A DNA stretch of 35,982 bases from a virus (Duplodnaviria; Caudoviricetes). The notes under the pieces are model-generated. The model saw nothing but the letters and a program-made list of their open reading frames with translations. It was not told the origin of the DNA and ran no database searches. The DNA lies in IMG/VR virus record IMGVR_UViG_3300012940_001461, positions 1 through 35,982 of that record. One strand, written 5' to 3'. The stretch's first letter is position 1; every line of letters begins with the position of its first letter. The translations under genes were made by a program, and so were the position numbers. This document shows, piece by piece, positions 19,058-27,270 of the stretch.

Positions 19058-19173
19058 CAATGCAGCCATCCGATTATCCAGAGGAAGCCGATCACCGGCA
19101 AAAACGTCACCCATGCCAGGACGCTTAGCGTCCACGCGGCCGCGAGCAACACAGTCAGAAAGCCCCCCATCAT
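19057..19173 (-). CDS. 38-aa membrane peptide
   Basis: Not in ORF track; MMGGFLTVLLAAAWTLSVLAWVTFLPVIGFLWIIGWLH; start overlaps primase stop, stop overlaps NusG start. Confidence 0.65.
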   Translation of the reverse strand: MMGGFLTVLLAAAWTLSVLAWVTFLPVIGFLWIIGWLH

Positions 19174-20093
19174 GCAGCCTCCGTCTTCGGTGCGGTTTCA
19201 TGTGAAGCGTCGCTTCGCATCCTTGAACGCAGCACATCGTTCCAATCATCGCCAACCGATGTGGGAATCCTCACATCGACATCAATGCTCAAGCGATCAT
19301 CGGCCGCGATCTTCCTTGCCAGTTCATACGCGGCTGAATGCCCGGCAAAGTTCGCGTCGTTGTCGGCAAAGATGATGACCTTGCGCACGTCGGCCGGCGC
19401 CTGCCATTTTTTGAGCAGCGACGTATTGAGCGCAGCCCAGCATGGAACGTCGAACAGGATGGATGCCGATAGGGCCGTCTCGATCCCCTCCGCAATGCCG
19501 AGCACGCCGTCATAAGGCATGAGCCGGACAGAGGCGCCATCTGGTATTGTGCCGGGCATGAACAGCCGGGATTCCTTGCGGCCGTCTACCGTGAGAAGCG
19601 TGCGGTGCACCTGGCAGCCTCGTCCCTCGGCATTCCGAACCAAAGCCAGCATCTCGTGTTTTGGCGACTCCCGCAGGTCCGGCAAGCTGTCCAATTCGAT
19701 GCCGCGTGACCGCATGTAGCGCCGAACAACATCGCCAATCGGGCCAGCCCCGCCCCATGCCCGCTTAATGGCTTCGAACTGCTTCTTGGGGTCAGCCTGA
19801 GGCCGCGCCGACCTTGGCCGCACATCGCCACCGACTTCCTCGATCTGATCGGCAGCGCGCTTAAAATCCCAGCCGTTCACCTTCATCACAAGAGAAATGC
19901 CGTCGCCGGCACCGCACTGGCTGCAGATCCACGATCCAGTACCCTCCTTGTCATCGAAACGAGCGCGATCCTTGCCTCCGCAGACCGGGCACGCCTGATG
20001 CTTCCCATTGAGGAATGCTGCCGGCACGCCCAGCGCCGGCAGAATACCGTGCCAGCGCCCCCGCATTCGCTCTCTAAGAGGCTCACGCTGCAT
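19170..20093 (-). CDS. Primase (Zn ribbon + TOPRIM)
   Basis: H.ACPVCGGKDR.R...CSQCG.GDG; IAEGIETALS; IFADND. Confidence 0.9.
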   Translation of the reverse strand: MQREPLRERMRGRWHGILPALGVPAAFLNGKHQACPVCGGKDRARFDDKEGTGSWICSQCGAGDGISLVMKVNGWDFKRAADQIEEVGGDVRPRSARPQADPKKQFEAIKRAWGGAGPIGDVVRRYMRSRGIELDSLPDLRESPKHEMLALVRNAEGRGCQVHRTLLTVDGRKESRLFMPGTIPDGASVRLMPYDGVLGIAEGIETALSASILFDVPCWAALNTSLLKKWQAPADVRKVIIFADNDANFAGHSAAYELARKIAADDRLSIDVDVRIPTSVGDDWNDVLRSRMRSDASHETAPKTEAA

Positions 20094-21586
20094 CAAATCG
20101 CCTCCACCATCTGATGCTCATGCGGCCGATGAGAACGACGCTTCGCCCACGCGATTTGTCGCGACTTGACCCACGATTCCAGTTCCGGCGTAAGCTTGGC
20201 CTCCGCGCAATGCTTCAATTCGTTCGCCGGCCAGACGCCATAAAGCTCGCGGTACTTGTGCGCAGCCCAGCCCGAATTGTAGCCGTGTGTGCGGGCGTAA
20301 AGCTTCAATGCTCCGAACGTCTCAGCCTTGTTCGGAAACTGCTTTGCTGCCTTGTTCTTCGGCTTTTTGGTCAGTTCCTCAAGCTTGCCTTCCTGAACCT
20401 CCACTTTTGAAACAGGCTCGGCTTTGAAGCCGCAATTTGGACATTGGCCAGTCCGAGGCGGGCGAAGGTAGGAACACTGTGGGCACTTCTTTGGCAGTGC
20501 GATCGCGGTTTCGGTTTCCGCTGAGTTTGTCTTCCCGTCATCCAGTTTGGTCGTATGGATATCGGTCACGAACCCAAGGCGGAGATGATTATCGCTGTGA
20601 TCGAGGAAAATGCAGCAATCCTTGCCGTCGGCTGTGCGAAGGCCACGGCCAGCGATCTGGACAAATAACATCTTGGATTTCGTGGGCCGGGCGAAGATCA
20701 CGCAACGAACATCCCAATCCACGCCCGTGGTCAGCGTGCCGACGTTGCAGACAACCTTCACTTCTCCGTTGTGAAACTTCCGCTTCAGCTCCCGCCGCTC
20801 GGCATCGCTGGTGTGTGCATCCTGATAGCCGCAAGGAACGCCGGCCTCCTCGAATTGCTGCTGCAGACGCTTGGCATGCGCACGATCAACCGCAAAGCAC
20901 AGCGTCGGCCTGCCCTCGCCAAGGCGAAGCCAGGTCTGGACCACGTCCGCGATCAGCGGCGATTTGTTCATAGCCTCGGACAGGTCGCCCTCGTGGTAGT
21001 CCCCAGCGACCGTCCGCACGCCCTTCAGGTCTGGGCTGGACGGCGCAAACACCCGGAAAGGCGACAGCCGGCCTGCCTCAATCAGGCTCTCAGTCGTGCC
21101 GGCGACGATTAATTCCTCGTAGTATTTTCCAAGCCCTTTGGTCCACGGCGTGGCCGACAAACCGATGATCGGAATGTCCTTCCACTCCGGATCGAAGAAC
21201 CATTTTTCGTAGAACCGAAACCACTTGTGCGCCTCGTCGATCAGCACAAGATCGGCCTTTGGAAGCGGCCGGCGCTGCAAAGTTTGCACGCTCGCGACCT
21301 GCACGGGCTGCGACCAGTTTGTGAGGATGTGCTGGCCCTGGATCACGCCGATATCACGGATTCCCTGCGACCAGAACGCATCAACCGTTTGATCGACCAG
21401 CGAAATTGCAGGCACCGTGAATAGCACACGCTTGCCCTTGGCTTGCGCGTTTTGCACGATTGCTGAGCTGAGAACGGTTTTCCCAAAACCCGTCGGCGCC
21501 TGCATCATCACGCGGCGCTTGCCCTTGCCAACGACGTGACGGAGGTCGGCCAGTGCCTCAGCCTGATCGTCTCGGAGGGTTTTCAC
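20093..21586 (-). CDS. SF2 DEAH helicase with C-terminal Zn finger (RadD-like)
   Basis: PTGFGKT, DEAH, SAT, QIAGRGLR, CPQC/CPNC. Confidence 0.92.
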   Translation of the reverse strand: MKTLRDDQAEALADLRHVVGKGKRRVMMQAPTGFGKTVLSSAIVQNAQAKGKRVLFTVPAISLVDQTVDAFWSQGIRDIGVIQGQHILTNWSQPVQVASVQTLQRRPLPKADLVLIDEAHKWFRFYEKWFFDPEWKDIPIIGLSATPWTKGLGKYYEELIVAGTTESLIEAGRLSPFRVFAPSSPDLKGVRTVAGDYHEGDLSEAMNKSPLIADVVQTWLRLGEGRPTLCFAVDRAHAKRLQQQFEEAGVPCGYQDAHTSDAERRELKRKFHNGEVKVVCNVGTLTTGVDWDVRCVIFARPTKSKMLFVQIAGRGLRTADGKDCCIFLDHSDNHLRLGFVTDIHTTKLDDGKTNSAETETAIALPKKCPQCSYLRPPRTGQCPNCGFKAEPVSKVEVQEGKLEELTKKPKNKAAKQFPNKAETFGALKLYARTHGYNSGWAAHKYRELYGVWPANELKHCAEAKLTPELESWVKSRQIAWAKRRSHRPHEHQMVEAI

Positions 21587-22068
21587 GAATGAGCCCTCCC
21601 TAAACCATTAACAATCCTTCCTTGGCTAGGATCTTTTATCTGTTTCTGTTTCTGTCTCTGCTCTGTCTCTGGGTGCGTTACAGTACCAGATAGCGTAACG
21701 CTGTTACTGCCGTTACGATGACCGTTACTGTTGGCGTTACGGTGGCGCTCTCTGTAACGCTTCTGCCTAACGGAATTTGTCGGATCGTCATTGTCCGTTT
21801 TGTACTGACGCTTCTCCCAGTTATGTGGTCGGCAGCCCTCCCCCGTTTCGTCAAGGAGTCCGACCTGCAGCAATTGATCGATAATCTGCTGGGCCTTCGC
21901 CTCTGATAGGCGCAACTTGAATGCAACATCGCTAATGGGTGGCAGCGAACCTCCATTCTGCGAAGTGATGCAGCACAAGTTGAACCAGCCGCGGAACAGC
22001 TCGGCCGGCAATCGCTGCAGCTTCGGATCATCGACCGCTTCGTCGTATGCGCGCCACCACCTGCTCAT
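21583..22068 (-). CDS. Replication initiator (replisome-organiser N-terminal type)
   Basis: DDPKLQRL, HNWEKRQ, RQKRYRER, internal iterons. Confidence 0.8.
   Translation of the reverse strand: MSRWWRAYDEAVDDPKLQRLPAELFRGWFNLCCITSQNGGSLPPISDVAFKLRLSEAKAQQIIDQLLQVGLLDETGEGCRPHNWEKRQYKTDNDDPTNSVRQKRYRERHRNANSNGHRNGSNSVTLSGTVTHPETEQRQKQKQIKDPSQGRIVNGLGRAHS
21632..21759. repeat. Probable replication origin: GTTAC/GTAAC iterons plus pyrimidine/purine-skewed tract
   Basis: CGTTAC at 21676, 21711, 21723, 21735; TGTTAC at 21702; GTAACG at 21695 and 21754; TCTG-rich repeats 21632-21671. Confidence 0.7.
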
Positions 22069-22613
22069 GCCGCCTCTGCCCCCACAGCGTTCATGACGGC
22101 TTCGGCGCGATACTGGCGCTGTGACTGCCGCTGTTGTTCGTGGAACTGCTTCTGCGTCTTCTTTTCGGGCTTCTGGAAGGCTTTCAGAGCGTGTGAGGCG
22201 CAATAGGAGCAGTCTGGCTTTGCTGGATGGCCGCAGAAGGTGATCTTGTCCTCACCATAAGGCCAGCGGCAGGAATCGGGTTTGAGATGGAGAATGTCGA
22301 GGTGGAGCGGGGTGATGGTGTCGGCCGACGGAATGAACGGCTCTGCCTTGAAGGCCGGCTGCCGCTTCGCCTTCATGATCGATTCGACATTTACGGATGT
22401 TCGGACACGGGGCTTGCGGGGCGCACTATGCTGGCTGTCTCGCGCCTTGATCGGCCGCGTCCAGCCCATCCGATTGCATTTGCCGATCACGGCATTGCGT
22501 GAGATCAATAGACCTAGTACAGGCGCCGATAATGTCGCTGCGATCTGCGAAGCCGAGAGCCCCGCGTCAAACAGCTTCTTCAATTGCTCCACTCTTTCGT
22601 CATTCCAAGTCAT
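22065..22613 (-). CDS. gcrA: GcrA-family transcription regulator
   Basis: W.DERVE.LK.L...GLSASQIA...SRNAVIGK N-terminus; CRWPYG...FCG...YC..H C-terminus. Confidence 0.92.
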   Translation of the reverse strand: MTWNDERVEQLKKLFDAGLSASQIAATLSAPVLGLLISRNAVIGKCNRMGWTRPIKARDSQHSAPRKPRVRTSVNVESIMKAKRQPAFKAEPFIPSADTITPLHLDILHLKPDSCRWPYGEDKITFCGHPAKPDCSYCASHALKAFQKPEKKTQKQFHEQQRQSQRQYRAEAVMNAVGAEAA

Positions 22614-22617
22614 TTTC

Positions 22618-22980
22618 TTATTCCCCGCCTTTCATTGGAGTGATGGTGACGCGGACGCCTTCGATGTCTGACGACCAGGCAGTCTCATGGCCCCGGACGA
22701 ATTTCTTTCGGTCGTCCTTGATGACGCGATGACGGACCAAAAGGTCTTCTACCGGCTTGACGCAGTTGGACAGGTCGATGCCGGCCGTCTCGCTGAGTTC
22801 GATGCGGATGCGGACTTGGCCCTCAATGGGGCGAGCGCGTTGGACCATGAGCATCAATTGCGCTTCACGAATCCACTCTCTGTATTCCTTCGTCTTGGCG
22901 CGGCCGCCGCCTCGCTCTGCAGGGAGGTTGAAGTTGAGACGGTTTGCGCTCGGTGGGATCGGTAAATCGAACGAGATCAT
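22618..22980 (-). CDS. rusA: RusA-family Holliday junction resolvase
   Basis: PPSAN, DLSN..K...D, DD motifs. Confidence 0.82.
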   Translation of the reverse strand: MISFDLPIPPSANRLNFNLPAERGGGRAKTKEYREWIREAQLMLMVQRARPIEGQVRIRIELSETAGIDLSNCVKPVEDLLVRHRVIKDDRKKFVRGHETAWSSDIEGVRVTITPMKGGE

Positions 22981-23150
22981 TGACGATCCTCGACCTGTTC
23001 AAGAGTGCGCAATGCGGCGATCAGCCGCTCGCGAAGCATCTCAGCTTCGGATGTACGCAGCGCGAAGCCCCCAGCCTTGAGAGTGTGCGGAGAGCATTTC
23101 TGGACAATGTGGCGCAAAGCTGAGACTTGCGCAGACATTGGTACGCTCAT
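22977..23150 (-). CDS. Hypothetical protein (57 aa)
   Basis: ATGA overlaps at both ends. Confidence 0.6.
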   Translation of the reverse strand: MSVPMSAQVSALRHIVQKCSPHTLKAGGFALRTSEAEMLRERLIAALRTLEQVEDRQ

Positions 23151-23422
23151 GCCGCCACCCATGTCTGAGAAGTTTCGCCGCCGAACAGGCCATCGCCGGC
23201 AGGCTTGATCAGCCCAAGCTCGATTGCCTTGGATGACGCCCAAGACGAAGCTGTCTTTCCGCTTGGCTCGTAATGCCAAGTGACTTCCGTTACACTGTCC
23301 TCCTTGAGCCGGATCGATTTGCAGAGCTTTTCGCCGTGCTGCAATCGATCGATCAGGGCTTGCAGTCGCTTCCCGATTTTCCGAGGCTTGCAGTCGCTTC
23401 CCGATTTTCCGAGGCTTGCCAT
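23147..23422 (-). CDS. Hypothetical protein (91 aa), frame depends on 28-bp duplication
   Basis: GGGGAG RBS, TGATG coupling at 23422; GLI.P..DGLF...SQTW tail. Confidence 0.65.
   Translation of the reverse strand: MASLGKSGSDCKPRKIGKRLQALIDRLQHGEKLCKSIRLKEDSVTEVTWHYEPSGKTASSWASSKAIELGLIKPAGDGLFGGETSQTWVAA
23357..23419. repeat. Perfect tandem duplication of a 28-bp unit (2.25 copies)
   Basis: GGCTTGCAGTCGCTTCCCGATTTTCCGA x2 + GGCTTGC. Confidence 0.95.
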
Positions 23423-23580
23423 CAAACTCTCCCCAGCCATTCCGAGAGCGCGGCAATGATTGCCGTCTCGGTCTTGCATCCCGTGCGCTTTGCGTATGAT
23501 TCAAACTCCGCCCAGATATCCGGCGGGATTTCCATGGTCGGCGGAAACGGCTTGAAGCCGTCGTCTGGCTTGTCCCTCAC
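23422..23580 (-). CDS. Ribbon-helix-helix (CopG/Arc-like) small protein, 52 aa
   Basis: Not in ORF track; AGGAGG RBS, GTG start; TMEIPPDIWAEFESYAKRTGCKTETAIIAALSEWL fits strand-helix-G-helix pattern. Confidence 0.65.
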   Translation of the reverse strand: MRDKPDDGFKPFPPTMEIPPDIWAEFESYAKRTGCKTETAIIAALSEWLGRV

Positions 23581-23699
23581 GCGCCGTCCTCCTGCATTGA
23601 GCGGAGAACATCTCGCAAAGCCGGGACAAGCAGTGGCGCATGCGCAATCAGTACGATTGCGACAATGACGTATGGGTTATCTATACACTGCCACGCCAT
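23577..23699 (-). CDS. 40-aa membrane peptide
   Basis: Not in ORF track; GAGAGG RBS; MAWQCIDNPYVIVAIVLIAHAPLLVPALRDVLRSMQEDGA; GTGA overlap. Confidence 0.5.
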   Translation of the reverse strand: MAWQCIDNPYVIVAIVLIAHAPLLVPALRDVLRSMQEDGA

Positions 23700-23773
23700 G
23701 CGAATTGGCCTCTCGCTGGCGGTTCTTGTTCAACGCGGGTTACTACTCGGTACGCACGGCTACAAAACGAAAA

Positions 23774-24178
23774 TCAGTCCAGAAGTGAAAGCTGCTCAAC
23801 CGCAGCGTCGTAGGCTCTTGAAGCTATTCGGGCGCACTGGACTTCCAGCCACCATTTTTCCTTGCAGCCGCGCATGAGATATTCGAGCACGCGCCAGCCT
23901 TGGTCTGTGTGAAGTAATCGGATGAGAATCCGCGACGGCGGATCGAACTTTCCTCGCACCCACTCGTAGCAAGTGCGCTCCGGCTCTTTCGTGAGGAAGT
24001 GAATTGTTGCCGCCGGCTTGATTGGCGACAAGAATTTCGCAAGGCCCGGGAACCACTTGCAGGAACCTGCAACGGAACTAAGCGGGACGATGGTGTCGGC
24101 CTTACCGACGCCATTGTTGCAGGAACTTGCAACGACTTCGCTGGCTTCATTCGCAACAACAGATACGCTGGTACGCAT
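23774..24178 (-). CDS. CII-like HTH regulator
   Basis: TAGGAG RBS; HTH-like PAATIHFLTKEPERTCYEWVRG; downstream of cro. Confidence 0.6.
   Translation of the reverse strand: MRTSVSVVANEASEVVASSCNNGVGKADTIVPLSSVAGSCKWFPGLAKFLSPIKPAATIHFLTKEPERTCYEWVRGKFDPPSRILIRLLHTDQGWRVLEYLMRGCKEKWWLEVQCARIASRAYDAAVEQLSLLD
24057..24130 (+). promoter_or_regulatory. pRE-like CII boxes (TTGC-N6-TTGC)
   Basis: TTGCAGGAACTTGC at 24117-24130 and TTGCAGGAACCTGC at 24057-24070, in the 5' end of the cII-like gene, pointing toward cI. Confidence 0.5.
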
Positions 24179-24419
24179 GAAACGCTCCTACGCAACAAAA
24201 CACACTGCACTGAAAAGGATTTCGTCGTGACTGAAATTGCCCCTTCGCTCACGACAGAAAGAGACCGGCCAGGAGAGATTGTGCCTCGTACTCCTGGCCG
24301 GTCAGGTGCCGCGTATCGGACGCGGGGGGAGGAAACGGTCATGCTGCCCCCCTCGACTCTTCGACGGGGACGTAGCAACCTTTGGAATCATCCCATTTCA
24401 AACAATGGAATTTCCCATC

Positions 24420-24719
24420 ATGAGCGAAGCTGCCGATAAACCCGCCACTCCATCCACGGAGCAGGGAGTCCAGATTGTTGGAAGCGCCGCCGCACCGTTC
24501 ATTTTCTTCGACCGCGCGGCGTACCAAACTATCGAAGGTGGTGTTATTGGGATTGAATTGGTCGCTCTGACCATGGTCGCCATCGGCAACGGAAGAGCGA
24601 AATCTGAGATCGTCGCCACCGCACATCTTCGTTGTAGCGCCGAGGCTTTCCAATCCTTGAAAGCGGCAGTCAACGCTATCGACCTGGCGCTTGCGCCGGG
24701 AAAAGGGCCAGCGAATTAA
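24420..24719 (+). CDS. Hypothetical protein antisense to the cro-cII operon
   Basis: Globular-looking APFIFFD...GVIGIEL...AHLRCS; start 24405 or 24420. Confidence 0.6.
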   Translation: MSEAADKPATPSTEQGVQIVGSAAAPFIFFDRAAYQTIEGGVIGIELVALTMVAIGNGRAKSEIVATAHLRCSAEAFQSLKAAVNAIDLALAPGKGPAN

Positions 24720-24730
24720 TACGCGCCAGT

Positions 24731-24955
24731 TCATGCCGCGCTCTCCTCGGGCGCGGTCTCGAAGAAAATGCGATCATCCCAATCGATTTGCCTACGGAGA
24801 GCCTCGCTACGAATCCGGGCCAGCTCGTCCAAGCTTGGGTCAGATTGACCCTTCTCCCAACGAGAGACTGAAGCCTGCGTTGTGCCGGCTATGACAGCCA
24901 TCTCAGCTTGAGTGACCTTGAACAGGGTCTTCCGAATATGTTTGATCGCGTGCAT
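24731..24955 (-). CDS. cro: Cro-like HTH repressor
   Basis: TQAEMA...TTQASVSRWEKG...P; divergent from cI; no SD seen. Confidence 0.85.
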   Translation of the reverse strand: MHAIKHIRKTLFKVTQAEMAVIAGTTQASVSRWEKGQSDPSLDELARIRSEALRRQIDWDDRIFFETAPEESAA

Positions 24956-25038
24956 GAAAGCATAATATGCATCAACGCATAACTTCTGCAAGCAATTTAT
25001 GCGTTGACGTATTTGCCGTAAAAAATGCACATACGCAT
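24950..25038. promoter_or_regulatory. oR-like operator cluster (14-bp ATGC-N6-GCAT)
   Basis: GTGCATGAAAGCAT 24950, ATGCATCAACGCAT 24967, ATGCGTTGACGTAT 24999, ATGCACATACGCAT 25025. Confidence 0.75.
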
Positions 25039-25047
25039 AAAAGGGGG

Positions 25048-25671
25048 ATGAGACATGACATCCCCAAAATTCTCCGCGCGCTGATGGAACTTGTCCCGGG
25101 CAAGCAGACCGGCCTCGCGCGCCGGCTCGGCGGCGGCATTACCCAACCGCAAGTCTCGCGGTGGTTGAAGGGAGTTGAGCCCGAAGTCGCAAATTACGAG
25201 CGGATAATAGGGCTTGCCCAAAATTTGGGGGTATTATCTGATACCCGTTCAGAGGACGTGGCCGCCACCCTCCCCGAGCCTGTCCGGTTCCGAACCGTTA
25301 AGCTGAAGGGATACGTTGGGGCCGGCTCAGAAGCCCATTTCTACAAGATCGCAGATGAGGATTTTGAGGAAGTGCCAGCCCCTCCAAACGCCACCGACAA
25401 GACCGTCGCCGTTGAGATTCGCGGCAAGTCCTGGGGGCCGTTTATGGATAGCTTCCGGGTCTATTACGACGACGTGCACTCCCCGATCGACCCGAGCATG
25501 TATGGCCGACCCTGCATTCTGGGCCTGGCCGATGACCGGATTCTGCTGAAAGTGCCATTTCAACAGCCGAACGGCCTGTTTCGGCTGGTTTCGAATTCAG
25601 ACGAGCCACCCATTGAAGATGCCATTATTGAATGGGCGGCGCTCGTAAAAAGTTTCATGCCGAAATCTTAA
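25048..25671 (+). CDS. cI: CI-like repressor (HTH + S24 autopeptidase)
   Basis: QTGLARRLG..ITQPQVSRW; VGAG cleavage site; RGKSW Ser and LLK Lys. Confidence 0.88.
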   Translation: MRHDIPKILRALMELVPGKQTGLARRLGGGITQPQVSRWLKGVEPEVANYERIIGLAQNLGVLSDTRSEDVAATLPEPVRFRTVKLKGYVGAGSEAHFYKIADEDFEEVPAPPNATDKTVAVEIRGKSWGPFMDSFRVYYDDVHSPIDPSMYGRPCILGLADDRILLKVPFQQPNGLFRLVSNSDEPPIEDAIIEWAALVKSFMPKS

Positions 25672-25684
25672 ATGGAGCTGGGGG

Positions 25685-25972
25685 ATGGCTTCAGATGATG
25701 GTGCTGGTGGGCTCCTGCTGATCGCGGGAGCAGCTACGTTTTGGTATTTTGACCCGATGGGGTGGTTTACGCCCTACACTTACAAAGCTGAGGTCGGATA
25801 TTACCGAGGAAGCCAGCAGGATTGGTACGTTGGCAGCGACAAGACCCGTGAGGCTTGCACCTCAGAAGCGGTGAGCCTCTACAATTCTTATAATCGAGAA
25901 TCCCCCGGCCGGGCGTTTTCATGGGCTTGCCGAAAAATGAAGGGCGAGCAGTTCCTTGAGCGGGTCAGATAG
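25685..25972 (+). CDS. Membrane-anchored moron protein with Cys pair
   Basis: GGAG RBS; N-terminal hydrophobic segment; co-oriented after cI. Confidence 0.7.
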   Translation: MASDDGAGGLLLIAGAATFWYFDPMGWFTPYTYKAEVGYYRGSQQDWYVGSDKTREACTSEAVSLYNSYNRESPGRAFSWACRKMKGEQFLERVR

Positions 25973-26178
25973 CGTGGGGAGAGTGCTGTGGGGGCTAAAA
26001 AGGCTTTAGTTGTTGGGGTTTGTCTATTTTCATGCCGGCCCTGGCACAGCAAATCACAGCCGGGACTACCATCGAAGCTCGAGCAACACAACCCAAAGAA
26101 GGTGTTCGAATACCCAGCCAAGCGCGTCAAGCAGGTGCACCGGGTTGTCATGAGCGGGGAAGGATAACGGGAGGAGTG

Positions 26179-26496
26179 ATGCTTGACGACGATGGAGACG
26201 GCTCACCTCCGGCCCCGGAAAAACCCAGCAAATGGGGCCGTTTTTGGCGGGCTTCTCTCTGGGTACTGGGTGGCCTCGCCCTACTGATCTGGGCAGCAAA
26301 CGACTGGGAGTCGGCCAAATGGGCGATAACTTACGGGCTTGCGGCTGCCGCTATCCAATGGTGGTGGCAGGATTACTTAAGAGCCCAAGAAGCAAGATAT
26401 TTCGACCTGAGAAAACGGCTTTACGCTCAACACCAGATCCTTGAAGAGCTTCGATACCGAATTCGAAAACTGGATCAGGATCGCGGCGCGCTGTGA
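26179..26496 (+). CDS. Two-TM moron protein with C-terminal coiled coil
   Basis: GGAGGAG RBS; two hydrophobic helices. Confidence 0.65.
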   Translation: MLDDDGDGSPPAPEKPSKWGRFWRASLWVLGGLALLIWAANDWESAKWAITYGLAAAAIQWWWQDYLRAQEARYFDLRKRLYAQHQILEELRYRIRKLDQDRGAL

Positions 26497-26629
26497 AATA
26501 TATTCCCGTGAAACGTTATTAACCAAACTGTGAAACATTAATTTTCACGTTTTAGGCTTGAACCGATTGCCGGCCCACACAGTTGTGTTACAAACGACGT
26601 ACAAGGCGACTACCTCATTGGAGATGGTC

Positions 26630-26896
26630 ATGGCACGGACAGCATACCTCAACGCGAGAATCGAGCCCGATCTAAAGGATGGAGCGGAAAAGATTTTTTC
26701 CGCCGTGGGCCTCTCTACGTCTGACGCTATCTCTCTCTTCTTCCGCCAGGTAGTCCTCCGGAAGGGGCTTCCTTTCGATGTCTGCATTCCCAATGCGGTG
26801 ACTGTCGAAGCTCTGAAGGAACTTGAGGCCGGCGGGGGAACCGTTCATCGCGGTTCTGCCCAGGAACTCTTTGACGAAATCTTGGCGGAAGATTAA
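26630..26896 (+). CDS. dinJ: RelB/DinJ-family antitoxin
   Basis: NARIEPDLKD.A..I...GLSTSDAI.LF......GLPF...PN..T. Confidence 0.92.
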   Translation: MARTAYLNARIEPDLKDGAEKIFSAVGLSTSDAISLFFRQVVLRKGLPFDVCIPNAVTVEALKELEAGGGTVHRGSAQELFDEILAED

Positions 26897-26905
26897 TCGG
26901 AGGGG

Positions 26906-27175
26906 GTGAAATCCCTCCGATATACAACCCAGTACAAAAAGGATTTGAAGCGGATCGCCAAGCGCGGCTATCGGCTCGAAAAGCTTGTTGCGATTGTGGA
27001 CAAGCTTCAGAGCGGGAAACCGCTCTCTCCGATCGACGACGATCATCCTCTTAAAGGCCCTTGGGACAGTTACCGCGGCTGTCATGTGCAGGGCGATTGG
27101 TGCCTCATATACAGGGCAACTGATAATGAAATTGAACTCGCCAGAACTGGCACGCACACCGATCTCTTTGACTAA
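26906..27175 (+). CDS. yafQ: YafQ-family mRNA interferase toxin
   Basis: KKDLKR, DHPLKG.W..YR.CHV..DW.LIY, RTGTH.DLF. Confidence 0.93.
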   Translation: MKSLRYTTQYKKDLKRIAKRGYRLEKLVAIVDKLQSGKPLSPIDDDHPLKGPWDSYRGCHVQGDWCLIYRATDNEIELARTGTHTDLFD

Positions 27176-27200
27176 GACCCCGCTCCGGCGGGGTTTTTGT
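27176..27200 (+). terminator. Intrinsic terminator after yafQ
   Basis: ACCCCGC-TCCG-GCGGGGT-TTTTGT. Confidence 0.85.
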
Positions 27201-27270
27201 TGCCCCATCCAGCGACATTTTGACTCGTCGCCGGCATTTCAGCACCATCGGGCCGCACGGGAGGAATGCA

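Noticed and set aside
18545-19375. 276-aa plus-strand ORF
   Set aside because: Antisense to NusG-like and primase genes; no motifs
23357-23419. 28-bp repeat as CRISPR
   Set aside because: Head-to-tail copies with no spacers and no cas genes
22977-23504. 175-aa ORF as a single gene
   Set aside because: Better explained by coupled genes starting at 23580, 23422 and 23150 with RBSs; only its last 57 aa are likely real
24339-24734. 131-aa minus ORF coupled to the cro stop
   Set aside because: Fully antisense to a more protein-like plus ORF; not excluded but unsupported
25988-26168. Possible short or frameshifted secreted-protein remnant before the two-TM gene
   Set aside because: Signal-like text is split over two frames; no recognisable family
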